Of a DNA stretch of 21,051 nt, positions 1 to 7,474 are shown piece after piece (within the stretch, counting starts at the first letter, position 1; every line of letters starts with the position of its first letter). The notes beneath the pieces were generated by a model that saw only the letters and a list, made by a program, of their open reading frames with translations, was not told the origin of the DNA and made no database searches. Made by a program: the position numbers and the translations under genes. This DNA comes from a virus (Duplodnaviria; Heunggongvirae; Uroviricota; Caudoviricetes): the IMG/VR virus record IMGVR_UViG_2579779002_000005; one strand, written 5' to 3'.

Positions 1-910
1 GCGTGAGCAGTACGGGGTCGGACCGGTATGCAGCGAACTGCATATTGCCCCGTCAACGTATTACCATTGTCAGCAACAGCGACATCATCCGGATAAACGC
101 AGTGCCCGTGCGCAGCACGACGACTGGCTGAAGAGAGAGATACAGCGCGTATACGATGAAAATCATCAGGTGTACGGTGTGCGTAAAGTCTGGCGTCAGT
201 TGTTACGGGAAGGAATCAGGGTGGCCAGATGTACAGTGGCGCGCCTCATGGCGGTTATGGGACTTGCCGGTGTTCTCCGGGGTAAAAAGGTCCGCACTAC
301 CGTCAGCCGGAAAACCGTTGCCACAGGTGACCGCGTAAACCGTCAGTTCGTGGCAGAACGACCTGACCAGCTGTGGGTGGCTGATTTTACTTACGTCAGC
401 ACATGGCAGGGCTTCGTCTATGTGGCGTTTATCATTGATGTGTTTGCCGGATACATCGTGGGGTGGCGGGTCTCATCGTCTATGGAAACGACATTCGTGC
501 TGGATGCGCTGGAGCAGGCGTTGTGGGCCCGTCGTCCGTCTGGCACCATCCATCACAGCGATAAAGGCTCTCAGTATGTGTCACTGGCCTATACGGAGCG
601 ACTAAAAGAAGCCGGATTACTGGCATCAACAGGGAGTACAGGCGACTCGTATGACAACGCGATGGCTGAGAGCATCAATGGTCTTTACAAAGCGGAGGTA
701 ATACACCGTAAGAGCTGGAAAAACCGTGCAGAAGTGGAACTGGCCACACTAACGTGGGTGGACTGGTATAACAATCGACGATTGCTGGGAAGGCTGGGCC
801 ATACTCCTCCGGCAGAAGCAGAAAAAGCTTATTATGCTTCCATCGGAAACGATGATCTGGCAGCCTGAGTTCACAGATAAAACACTCTCCAGGAAACCCG
901 GGGCGGTTCA
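1..910 (+). mobile_element. IS3-family insertion sequence, right-hand portion (window begins inside the element); terminal inverted repeat at about 869..910 ending ...CGGTTCA
   Basis: The transposase ORF runs to the window start. The 42 bp after its stop read TGAACCGCCCCGGGTTTCCTGGAGAGTGTTTTATCTGTGAAC on the reverse complement, a TG...CA terminus typical of IS3-family ends and close to what I recall for IS629/IS1203 (from memory, not searched). Confidence 0.8.
2..868 (+). CDS. IS3-family transposase OrfB (DDE integrase domain), 5' partial at window edge
   Basis: Open frame from base 2 with no stops before the first Met at 170. DDE triad context is visible: VADFTYV, HSDKGSQY and DNAMAESINGLYKAE. 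Confidence 0.85.
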   Translation, partial: REQYGVGPVCSELHIAPSTYYHCQQQRHHPDKRSARAQHDDWLKREIQRVYDENHQVYGVRKVWRQLLREGIRVARCTVARLMAVMGLAGVLRGKKVRTTVSRKTVATGDRVNRQFVAERPDQLWVADFTYVSTWQGFVYVAFIIDVFAGYIVGWRVSSSMETTFVLDALEQALWARRPSGTIHHSDKGSQYVSLAYTERLKEAGLLASTGSTGDSYDNAMAESINGLYKAEVIHRKSWKNRAEVELATLTWVDWYNNRRLLGRLGHTPPAEAEKAYYASIGNDDLAA

Positions 911-1004
911 CAGTTTGGTAATTGACTAATCATGAGTCGCAACTCCCTAATCAGTTTGCTAAAATCAATCAAGGCAGCCTCCCATAGCTTACTGCCATAA
1001 AAAC

Positions 1005-1038
1005 AAAACCCCGCTTGCTGCCAACAAACGGGGTTTTT
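1005..1038 (-). terminator. Rho-independent terminator downstream of the endolysin gene (T/A runs on both sides, possibly bidirectional)
   Basis: aaccccg ... cggggtt stem followed by a T-run on the plus strand and preceded by AAAACAAAA, which gives a T-run on the minus strand. Confidence 0.5.
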
Positions 1039-1127
1039 ACTTTTATTCACTTACATTTTGCCAGTTCGCAGGATTTCGTGTTATCCGTCCGCCTTGGCCA
1101 ACGTCATTGATTAGCAAAATATTCTGC

Positions 1128-1661
1128 TTATCTGTCGATTCCCCAGCACGCCAGCGCGCTCTCCTGGTCACGACGGGATACCTGACCGTAACAGTTATTT
1201 GAGCGAATACGGCAGTCTCTGCCACCGTCCTTAATCCACCAGCGAATCGCCTCACACGCTCCCCTGCGATCACCTGCATTAATTCGTTTATAAAACGTCG
1301 ACGGAAAACACTTACCGGGGCCAATGTTGTACGGACAGAATGACGCGATCCCCGCTTTCTGGGGTTCACTCAATGGCACTCTGATGTTTTTCTCCACCCA
1401 TGCCAGCGCCTTATCACGCTCAATGGCGTTAACCCGGTCGCATTTTTCCTTCGACAACTTCATGCCCGGAACGACAGGTTTGCCATCCACCAGGATGGCA
1501 CCGCGGCAGATGGTCCAGATACCCGCGCCATCACGGTATGCCGTGGTGTGGTTACCTTCCTTTTCATCCAGAAACTGGTCGAGAATGTCAGGCGCAGGCG
1601 CACCAGCGGCAATCAGCGCCAGAACGGCAGCCGACAGGCCGTATCTGATTTTTGCGTTCAT
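1128..1661 (-). CDS. R: SAR endolysin (T4-lysozyme-like, GH24)
   Basis: 177 aa. N-terminal hydrophobic signal-anchor-like stretch YGLSAAVLALIAAGAPAP, then EGNHTTAYRDGAGIWTICRG matching the T4 lysozyme E-x8-D-x5-T catalytic pattern (E35, D44, T50). Sits downstream of the holin in the lysis cassette. Confidence 0.9.
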   Translation of the reverse strand: MNAKIRYGLSAAVLALIAAGAPAPDILDQFLDEKEGNHTTAYRDGAGIWTICRGAILVDGKPVVPGMKLSKEKCDRVNAIERDKALAWVEKNIRVPLSEPQKAGIASFCPYNIGPGKCFPSTFYKRINAGDRRGACEAIRWWIKDGGRDCRIRSNNCYGQVSRRDQESALACWGIDR

Positions 1662-1766
1662 GGATATTTATCAGGATTTATCGGTTTCTGAGCCCTGGAT
1701 ATGTTTATCAGTTCCAGCCTGTTGCCTCAGGCTGCTAACAGGTCAATACAATCATGAGGATTATTT

Positions 1767-2039
1767 ATGGACAATAACACCATTTCTCTACAGGAGTTGC
1801 TCGACAGCATTTCCAGGCTTCGGGAAGACGTGAATACCCTTACCGTCGCCTTCTCATATCTGGCATTCTCAATTCCAAGGGAACAGATGCAATCAACGCT
1901 GGCATCAATCCAGTTTGAATCATGCAATCCCAAATGGTCTCAGGAACAACAAGACTCTTTCAGGCGGCTTGCTGTATTACTGGATGAAAAATATGCTGGT
2001 AAAATTACCATTTCGGCGGACTCTTCAGAGAACCCGTAA
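1767..2039 (+). CDS. Hypothetical 90-aa protein encoded antisense within the lysis cassette
   Basis: Complete ORF with a GAGGA Shine-Dalgarno about 9 nt upstream of the ATG. It sits in the 343-bp gap between the YdfR-like and endolysin genes on the opposite strand, and its 3' end overlaps the YdfR-like ORF by 35 bp. No recognisable motifs. Confidence 0.3.
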   Translation: MDNNTISLQELLDSISRLREDVNTLTVAFSYLAFSIPREQMQSTLASIQFESCNPKWSQEQQDSFRRLAVLLDEKYAGKITISADSSENP

Positions 2040-2349
2040 TTATTCCCGGTAGTTTTCCTCTGTAGGTTATCAACACATCCTGCGCCTCTAAAATTACGGG
2101 GCGCTTTTCCGGCGACTGCTCATCCCCTTCACATAACCCGGCAGCAACATCCAGGAAGACCTGTCTGATGCTCCTTCTGGCTGCTGCCTCATAAAACTCC
2201 AGCGCGGCACCTTCAACACGGTCCAGCGAGATGTCCAGGTCAAAAATTTCACCGTCAAAGCGTTTTTTGTCCCGTAACGCTAAAGTTACCGTAACTTTAT
2301 TCTCAAAATTGCGGATCCCTTTCACAATCAGTTCATAGTTTTGAGTCAT
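2005..2349 (-). CDS. YdfR-like (DUF1327-type) lysis-cassette protein
   Basis: 114-aa ORF starting 5 bp after the holin stop. A protein of this size sits between holin and lysozyme in the E. coli Qin prophage (essQ-ydfR-rrrQ); the family assignment is from memory. Confidence 0.5.
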   Translation of the reverse strand: MTQNYELIVKGIRNFENKVTVTLALRDKKRFDGEIFDLDISLDRVEGAALEFYEAAARRSIRQVFLDVAAGLCEGDEQSPEKRPVILEAQDVLITYRGKLPGIITGSLKSPPKW

Positions 2350-2353
2350 TGAA

Positions 2354-2569
2354 TTACTCTCCCCGTGCAGCCTTACGACGGTCCTCTCTGATTTTGAAAT
2401 ACAGGTTAGTCAGATATGTCAGCAGCCCAAACAGCAGACTCCCCAGCACGCCTATTGCCGCCCACTGAGACGGGGAAACCCTGTCCAGCAACTGCAGGAA
2501 CCAGTAGCCCGTTCCCACCGCTGACGTGGTGTATGACACACCTGTTGTGATTTTTTCCATCTGGTACAT
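2354..2569 (-). CDS. S: Holin (lambdoid S-type, about 71 aa)
   Basis: Taking the internal start [13 protein letters not shown]..., the product has two hydrophobic segments (GYWFLQLL and [17 protein letters not shown]) and a charged C-terminus [11 protein letters not shown]. It lies immediately upstream of the lysis genes. Confidence 0.8.
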   Translation of the reverse strand: MYQMEKITTGVSYTTSAVGTGYWFLQLLDRVSPSQWAAIGVLGSLLFGLLTYLTNLYFKIREDRRKAARGE

Positions 2570-2719
2570 ACCCCGTCTCCCGTTATCCGGAAGCTGACAA
2601 CAATAAAAAAAGCCACCAGTTAAGTACTGATGGCTCTGATAACTCATGCAGGCATCTCAGACGACCCACTGACACTACCGGTGAGTTTAACGATACCTTC
2701 CATTTGACTGGCTCACTTT

Positions 2720-4576
2720 TTATGATGATGCTGGTGCATTTATCTCCAGCACCAGACTTTCTATCTCAACGCCATACGCTGCATTTTTGGTAATATCCGT
2801 CAGCGTCAGCGCATTCAGCCCCAGTGTCAGACTGTCTTTTATGACCTGGAATGCCGGGCCAGCCACTCCATTCAGTTTCGGAGTAACCGTGGCACTGCCG
2901 GCGGTGAACACCAGCTCCAGCGTCTGCCAGTCGTTACTGTAATTCCCGAACTCGCCCAACTTTGTGTTTCCTGCTTTCCTGTGATGCATCAGATTCAGTT
3001 TGCCGTCTGTGGTCTGGGTGAAGAACGACATCAGGAACGGGTTACCAGTCCCGGTCATCGCCACGACGTCAGGTAACGCTACATCGGTATACAGATAAAT
3101 TCCCAGACCGAACTGGTTGTTGGTCAGTGCGCCTGACAGTCGAAACTTACAGCTCAGTCTGCCACCCCGTGTCAGCAGGGAGACTGCGTCATCCACCGGA
3201 TGCATCAGGGACCAGGTTTTATTGCTCTGCTTGGTAACCTTAAACACACCATCTTCCAGCGCAACACTGCCGCCGGTGATGGTCCAGCCCTGCGCAGCAG
3301 CCTCTCCGGCTGTCGGCAGCAGGGAGACTGTACGAACGGATGTGTCACCATCAGACGGCCCCGATGGCGTGTCGCCGCCGGGCGAGGGTTTAATCTCCGG
3401 TGCGGTACCGCTGATGAAGGCGCTGGTTCGACCAACTGCGTTCAGAATAGCGGTTGCCAGGCGATCCGAAATAATGCCCCTGCGCGCCCATGAACTGAAA
3501 TGTGTCGGACGATTTGACGATACCCAATTACCATTACTACGGGATTGCGCGCCGTAATAACCTGCATCAGCAATATCCGGGTCTTCTGCCGGTAAGTTGG
3601 TGGGCGTGTTGTTGCCGTTACCGTCGGTCATGAACGGCACAAAGAAAACGTTGTCGCTCTCCCTGTTTTTGTACGCGCCGTAGACGGAGTCATACTGTGT
3701 GCCGTATGTGTTTTTCCAGTAATACGTCGTGTCGCCACAAATCCACGGTACAACTGCAGCACTGCCGCCATGGCACTGCGCCGCCAGCCCGGCAAGGTCA
3801 GCACGGAACTGCTGTACCATTGCAAGAAATGCTGCTGGCTGCTGGGCGTAACTGGCATTCGTCATATCGAATTCCCCCTGCATCCAGCATATCGCCAGCA
3901 AAACGTTTTTCGGGTTTTTCTGCAATGCTGCCTTCGTGCGGAAAAGCAGATCCTGATATAATGGTTTACCCACACCCCAGCGTGCCGAATCCTGGCTGGC
4001 CCCCGTGTCCGCACTGAATGTCCCCTCCGCGCCCTGGGTGAATGCCGAACCACCACGACAGCATGGTACCAGCAGGATCCCCGCATTATTAGGGATATAC
4101 GGAAGCAGTTTTTTGGCAATATGTAAGCCCTGTCCGACACAGCCGTACTGCCCTTTGCTCAGGTCAGCCCGGGGATGGTTAATCGTACTCATATCCTGAA
4201 CATCATGCAGACAATGGTCAGCAGGAATGATGTCGTTAAATACGCATACTTCACCACCGGGAGTCACTGTGTTACGACGGGCCAGTTGCTTAATGCGCGG
4301 ATGGGGCGCATCGTATGAATCCGGAAGCGGAAGCCCTTCACCGTAAGCCATGGCATTGGACTGCCCGGCCAGTACGATGACGTAGTACCACTCCGGCTCA
4401 GTTGCACCACTGACGACCACATCACCTTCTGCTGCAATCGCCTGCATCAGGGTATAAGGGGTTATGGCCACCGGACTACCAAACGGCTGCCAGCCCTCTT
4501 TCAGTTTATGTGTCAGCTTTTCCGCAAGATCTGACGGCGACGCCGCCCTGACAACATCATAGTGTTTAAATGCCAT
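2720..4576 (-). CDS. nanS-p: Prophage sialate O-acetylesterase (NanS-p-like, SGNH/SASA esterase domain)
   Basis: 618 aa with a GQSN nucleophile block (VIVLAGQSNAMAYGEG). Located between the tRNA cluster and the holin, as in Stx-type lambdoid phages. Confidence 0.75.
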   Translation of the reverse strand: MAFKHYDVVRAASPSDLAEKLTHKLKEGWQPFGSPVAITPYTLMQAIAAEGDVVVSGATEPEWYYVIVLAGQSNAMAYGEGLPLPDSYDAPHPRIKQLARRNTVTPGGEVCVFNDIIPADHCLHDVQDMSTINHPRADLSKGQYGCVGQGLHIAKKLLPYIPNNAGILLVPCCRGGSAFTQGAEGTFSADTGASQDSARWGVGKPLYQDLLFRTKAALQKNPKNVLLAICWMQGEFDMTNASYAQQPAAFLAMVQQFRADLAGLAAQCHGGSAAVVPWICGDTTYYWKNTYGTQYDSVYGAYKNRESDNVFFVPFMTDGNGNNTPTNLPAEDPDIADAGYYGAQSRSNGNWVSSNRPTHFSSWARRGIISDRLATAILNAVGRTSAFISGTAPEIKPSPGGDTPSGPSDGDTSVRTVSLLPTAGEAAAQGWTITGGSVALEDGVFKVTKQSNKTWSLMHPVDDAVSLLTRGGRLSCKFRLSGALTNNQFGLGIYLYTDVALPDVVAMTGTGNPFLMSFFTQTTDGKLNLMHHRKAGNTKLGEFGNYSNDWQTLELVFTAGSATVTPKLNGVAGPAFQVIKDSLTLGLNALTLTDITKNAAYGVEIESLVLEINAPASS

Positions 4577-4769
4577 GAATCCTCCCGGCCGGGATAATAT
4601 TGTGAGTAAAATGAGGAGCGGGCTGAAGTCCGGAAGTTACAGGACAATGGCAGAAGAGAGACAACAGCCCGCAATACGAAAAAGGCCGCGCTATTGCGCA
4701 GAGTGATTACTGTCGGATATTATTCGCCAGCTGAAATATTACTTCACGTTTTATTGTTTATTCCTTGCC

Positions 4770-4798
4770 GCCCGCGTCTCCCAGCGCGGGCTTTTTTT
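4770..4798 (+). terminator. Plus-strand intrinsic terminator with no obvious upstream plus-strand gene
   Basis: gcccgcg tctcccag cgcgggc hairpin (7-bp GC stem) followed by TTTTTTT. Confidence 0.5.
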
Positions 4799-4806
4799 GC
4801 CCACAA

Positions 4807-5044
4807 GAAAACCCCTCCGGAGAGGGGCTAAAGCCGCGTATCTGTATCATCATGCACATGGTGCCGGGTGCCTCCCGGTGAGTTCAGCCCGGTGCCACTA
4901 AACCCGCGTCATTCTCGTTTTGATAATCAGAGATTATACCGTCACCAGTCGCCCCTCCGCTCAGGGGGATTCACCATGCGAAATTTTTTTAACAAATGCC
5001 CAGTCTGACAGGCAACTGTCAACTTACTGAATTGTGAGCAACAT
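4807..5044. repeat. Copy 1 of an imperfect ~220-240 bp direct repeat (non-coding module)
   Basis: Shares with copy 2 the blocks cccctccggagaggggct, catggtgccgggtgcctcccggtga, gcccctccgc.cagggggattcaccatgc, ttttaacaaa and acagtcaac..ctgaattgtgag. Confidence 0.7.
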
Positions 5045-5292
5045 AGCATTTAACGGGGAACCTGTTTTCTGCAGTAAAAAGGCCCACCGGAGCGGATGGG
5101 CCTGGAAGGATAGCGGTCATGTGATGCCGGTTTCCCGGTAACTCAGCACCGGTATCTGAGTCAACGTTTTCTCTACTGGGTCATTTCCGATACGCCCTGC
5201 CTGCTGACAGGCTTTCATCACATCTGAAAATATAGCACCCTGACTGATACTGTAGTACCTAAGGTTCCAGAAACTGTGATGTATCCGGCACA

Positions 5293-5512
5293 GAAAAGCC
5301 CCTCCGGAGAGGGGCTGGAGAGTGGCGCTATGTGCCATTGCATGGTGCCGGGTGCCTCCCGGTGAATTCAGTACCAGCACCTGAATCCGCGATTATCCCA
5401 TATACCTACTCGCTGATTGCCCCTCCGCACAGGGGGATTCACCATGCCAGTTTCTTTTAACAAACTCCCCGCAAACCAGACAACAGTCAACCGCCTGAAT
5501 TGTGAGACATTT
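5293..5512. repeat. Copy 2 of the imperfect direct repeat
   Basis: Same conserved blocks as copy 1. On the minus strand its gcccctc tccg gaggggc hairpin is followed by TTTTCT, so it looks like a terminator. Confidence 0.7.
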
Positions 5513-5551
5513 AAAAAAAAGCCCGCAAAAGCGAGCCAGTGAAAATAAGTG

Positions 5552-5628
5552 TGGCGCGTTGTACTGGATTCGAACCAGTGACCGATTGCTTAGAAGGCAA
5601 TTGCTCTGTCCGGCTGAGCTAACAACGC
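5552..5628 (-). tRNA. tRNA-Arg (anticodon UCU)
   Basis: Minus-strand sequence folds as a cloverleaf: acceptor GCGTTGT/ACAACGC, D stem GCTC/GAGC, anticodon stem ATTGC/GCAAT with loop CTTCTAA, T arm ACTGG-TTCGAAT-CCAGT, encoded CCA. Confidence 0.85.
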
Positions 5629-5641
5629 AGGATACAGATAA

Positions 5642-5718
5642 TGGACCGCCTTCGGGGACCCGAACTCCGCGCAACCAGCTTCGAAGGCTGGCGCTCTTTC
5701 CTGATGAGCTAATGGCGG
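5642..5718 (-). tRNA. tRNA-Arg (anticodon UCG), slightly degenerate
   Basis: Cloverleaf with anticodon stem CCAGC/GCTGG and loop CTTCGAA. It has one acceptor mismatch (A6-A67), one T-stem mismatch and T-loop TTCGGGT (G at position 58). The anticodon loop is palindromic, so strand is assigned from the neighbouring tRNAs. Confidence 0.6.
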
Positions 5719-5725
5719 TATGTGA

Positions 5726-5801
5726 TGGTGGCCCTTGCTGGATTTGAACCAGCGACCTGGCGATTATGAGTCGCTCGCTCTCACCACTGAGCTAAAGGGC
5801 C
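5726..5801 (-). tRNA. tRNA-Ile2-like (anticodon CAU, ileX/ileZ-like; could be read as Met)
   Basis: Perfect acceptor GGCCCTT/AAGGGCC, D arm GCTC-AGTGGTGA-GAGC, anticodon loop CTCATAA, T arm GCTGG-TTCAAAT-CCAGC, CCA end. Closely resembles E. coli ileX as I recall it. Confidence 0.85.
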
Positions 5802-5850
5802 GGGAGCAGAATAATAATGGTGCGTAATTAATTCTGCAATCTCATCCGTT

Positions 5851-6900
5851 TCAAACGATTAAATCCTGAACTTCCCTGACTGTCTGCTCAAAACGTCCGG
5901 TCTCCAGCTCAACACCAATCGCACGACGCCCCAGTGCCATCGCCGCTTTTACCGTTGAACCCGACCCCATGAAAAAATCCGCAACCAGATCACCAGGACG
6001 GCTACTTGCGCTGATTATCTGCTGCAGCATTTCTGCCGGTTTTTCGCACGGATGTTTCCCGGGATAGAACTGCACCGGTTTATGCGTCCACACATCGGTA
6101 TACGGCACCTGCACCGTCACGCCAAAATACCGCCGCAGATGTTTATATTCACTCAGCAGCTCCGCATACTGCCGGTTCAGTGAGGTATACGTATCCACCA
6201 GCTGGTGGTGGAGCTTTTCCAGTTCACCACGCCGATGCTTCTCTTCTGCCACCCGGGCAAACAGCGCCTGTAATTTCAGATAATCGCTTTCATTCGGTAG
6301 CTGCCACTGACTGGCACTGAACCAGTGCGACACCATGTTTTTCTTTCCTGTGGCATCTGCAATCTGTTTTGCCGTTATCCCCAAGGCCGCGCGCGCATCA
6401 CGAAAGTAAGAAATCAGCGGGGCCATCACATGCTGTTTCAGTGCACTGCCCTTCGCCGCATACCCGGCATCTTTCGGACGATACGGCCCCTGATAATGTT
6501 CCGCGAACAGAATGCGCTCTGTGGCGGGGAAATACGCCCGCAGGCTTTCCTTGTTGCACCCGTTCCAGCGTCCGGACGGCTTCGCCCAGATAATATGGTT
6601 CAGCACACTGAAGCGTTCACGCATCATGATTTCGATATCAGATGCCAGGCGATGACCACAGAACAGGTAAAGACTTCCGGCAGGTTTCAGCACCCGCCAG
6701 AACTGCGCCAGACACTGGTCCAGCCATTTCAGGTAATCATCGTCGCCCTTCCACTGGTTATCCCAGCCCTCAGGCTTCACTTTAAAGTACGGCGGGTCCG
6801 TGACTATCAGGTCAACAGAATTTTCGGGTAACGACCGGATAAATTCCAGGCAGTCGGCGTTGATTAACTCACAACTGGATATTTTTACAGTATTAAGCAT
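5851..6900 (-). CDS. DNA N6-adenine (amino) methyltransferase, no cognate restriction enzyme evident
   Basis: 349 aa with the catalytic DPPY motif near the N-terminus (LIVTDPPYF) and an AdoMet-binding FFMGSGST motif near the C-terminus. No nuclease gene is adjacent. Confidence 0.85.
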   Translation of the reverse strand: MLNTVKISSCELINADCLEFIRSLPENSVDLIVTDPPYFKVKPEGWDNQWKGDDDYLKWLDQCLAQFWRVLKPAGSLYLFCGHRLASDIEIMMRERFSVLNHIIWAKPSGRWNGCNKESLRAYFPATERILFAEHYQGPYRPKDAGYAAKGSALKQHVMAPLISYFRDARAALGITAKQIADATGKKNMVSHWFSASQWQLPNESDYLKLQALFARVAEEKHRRGELEKLHHQLVDTYTSLNRQYAELLSEYKHLRRYFGVTVQVPYTDVWTHKPVQFYPGKHPCEKPAEMLQQIISASSRPGDLVADFFMGSGSTVKAAMALGRRAIGVELETGRFEQTVREVQDLIV

Positions 6901-7037
6901 GGATCATTAAGCCTGTCTCTGATAGGCTCATTCTGCTTTTGCGCAAAGCAGTGGGCCTGAGGTTTGCTTGTGAACCCAACGCATGAGCAGATGGCTGGTG
7001 GGTGCCCCTAACACCCACCAGCCGCCCATTTACCACA

Positions 7038-7064
7038 AATAAAAAAGCCTTCACTGCGGAAGGC
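7038..7064 (-). terminator. Rho-independent terminator at the end of the small winged-helix gene
   Basis: Minus strand reads gccttc cgcagt gaaggc followed by TTTTTTATTTG; the gene's stop codon lies inside the hairpin. Confidence 0.65.
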
Positions 7065-7248
7065 GTCTGTAACAACCGAACTGATAGTCTGCCAGACCCG
7101 CCATAACCAGCTGAGTCAGTATTAACTGGCAGCGTTCGCGTGAAAGGTAAGTATTCTGCGCAATCTCCCCGACTGTCGCCGGTTCGGTGACGCTTAATTC
7201 ATTAAACACCACTCTGGCGGTTTCTGTCATATCCTGCTGTTTTAGCAT
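7051..7248 (-). CDS. Small winged-helix-like protein (about 65 aa; PapI/FaeA-like by size and pattern)
   Basis: Internal start MLKQQDM preceded by a purine-rich ribosome-binding site. TVGEIAQNTYLSRERCQLILTQLVMAGLADY resembles small winged-helix regulators (weak, from memory). Confidence 0.4.
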   Translation of the reverse strand: MLKQQDMTETARVVFNELSVTEPATVGEIAQNTYLSRERCQLILTQLVMAGLADYQFGCYRRLPQ

Positions 7249-7368
7249 GTCTTTTTCCCTTTTCCGGTTAACGTGACACACCAATAACTCTTGTCGAAAA
7301 AGCCAGCAAGCTGAAAGACAGGTATTCACCGCCACCAGCGCGTTTACTGTACTGACGCGATTTCAGTC

Positions 7369-7392
7369 ATAAAAAACCCGCCAGGCGGCGGG
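7369..7392 (-). terminator. Rho-independent terminator about 85 bp downstream of the Q-like gene (possible tR'-like element)
   Basis: Minus strand cccgcc gcct ggcggg followed by TTTTTTA. A TAAATT hexamer lies upstream on the minus strand at about 7442..7447. Confidence 0.5.
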
Positions 7393-7474
7393 GTGTAAAA
7401 AATCTTCTAACGTCAGGCATAAAACGCCTATCGTTAGAGCAAATTTACCACAGATTCGGGAAAAATCAACAACA

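Noticed and set aside
1043-1369. 108-aa minus-strand ORF considered as a possible Rz spanin
   Set aside because: Mostly overlaps the endolysin in another frame, has no N-terminal transmembrane segment or coiled coil, and is Arg-rich; not spanin-like.
3117-4199. Several plus- and minus-strand ORFs of 60-146 aa inside the nanS-p gene
   Set aside because: All lie within and antisense to, or out of frame with, a long well-supported esterase gene, with Pro/Arg/Ser-rich translations typical of spurious frames.
4807-5512. Possible CRISPR array
   Set aside because: Only two long (~220 bp) imperfect copies separated by about 250 bp; no short regular repeat-spacer periodicity and no cas genes.
5461-5512. 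Sigma-70 promoter in repeat copy 2 (minus-strand TTGACT hexamer)
   Set aside because: No acceptable -10 hexamer at 16-19 bp spacing; kept only as a descriptive element of the repeat.
4577-5551. Shiga toxin genes at the canonical Stx-phage locus
   Set aside because: The flanking order (tRNAs, nanS-p, S, R) matches Stx phages, but there are no ORFs of stxA or stxB size in this interval, only repeats and hairpins.
5393-5747. ORFs of 93 and 81 aa overlapping the tRNA cluster
   Set aside because: They run through three well-folded tRNA genes; the tRNA interpretation explains the sequence better.
6325-6831. 168-aa and 74-aa plus-strand ORFs antisense to the methyltransferase
   Set aside because: Fully contained in a motif-supported methyltransferase gene on the other strand; no ribosome-binding site.
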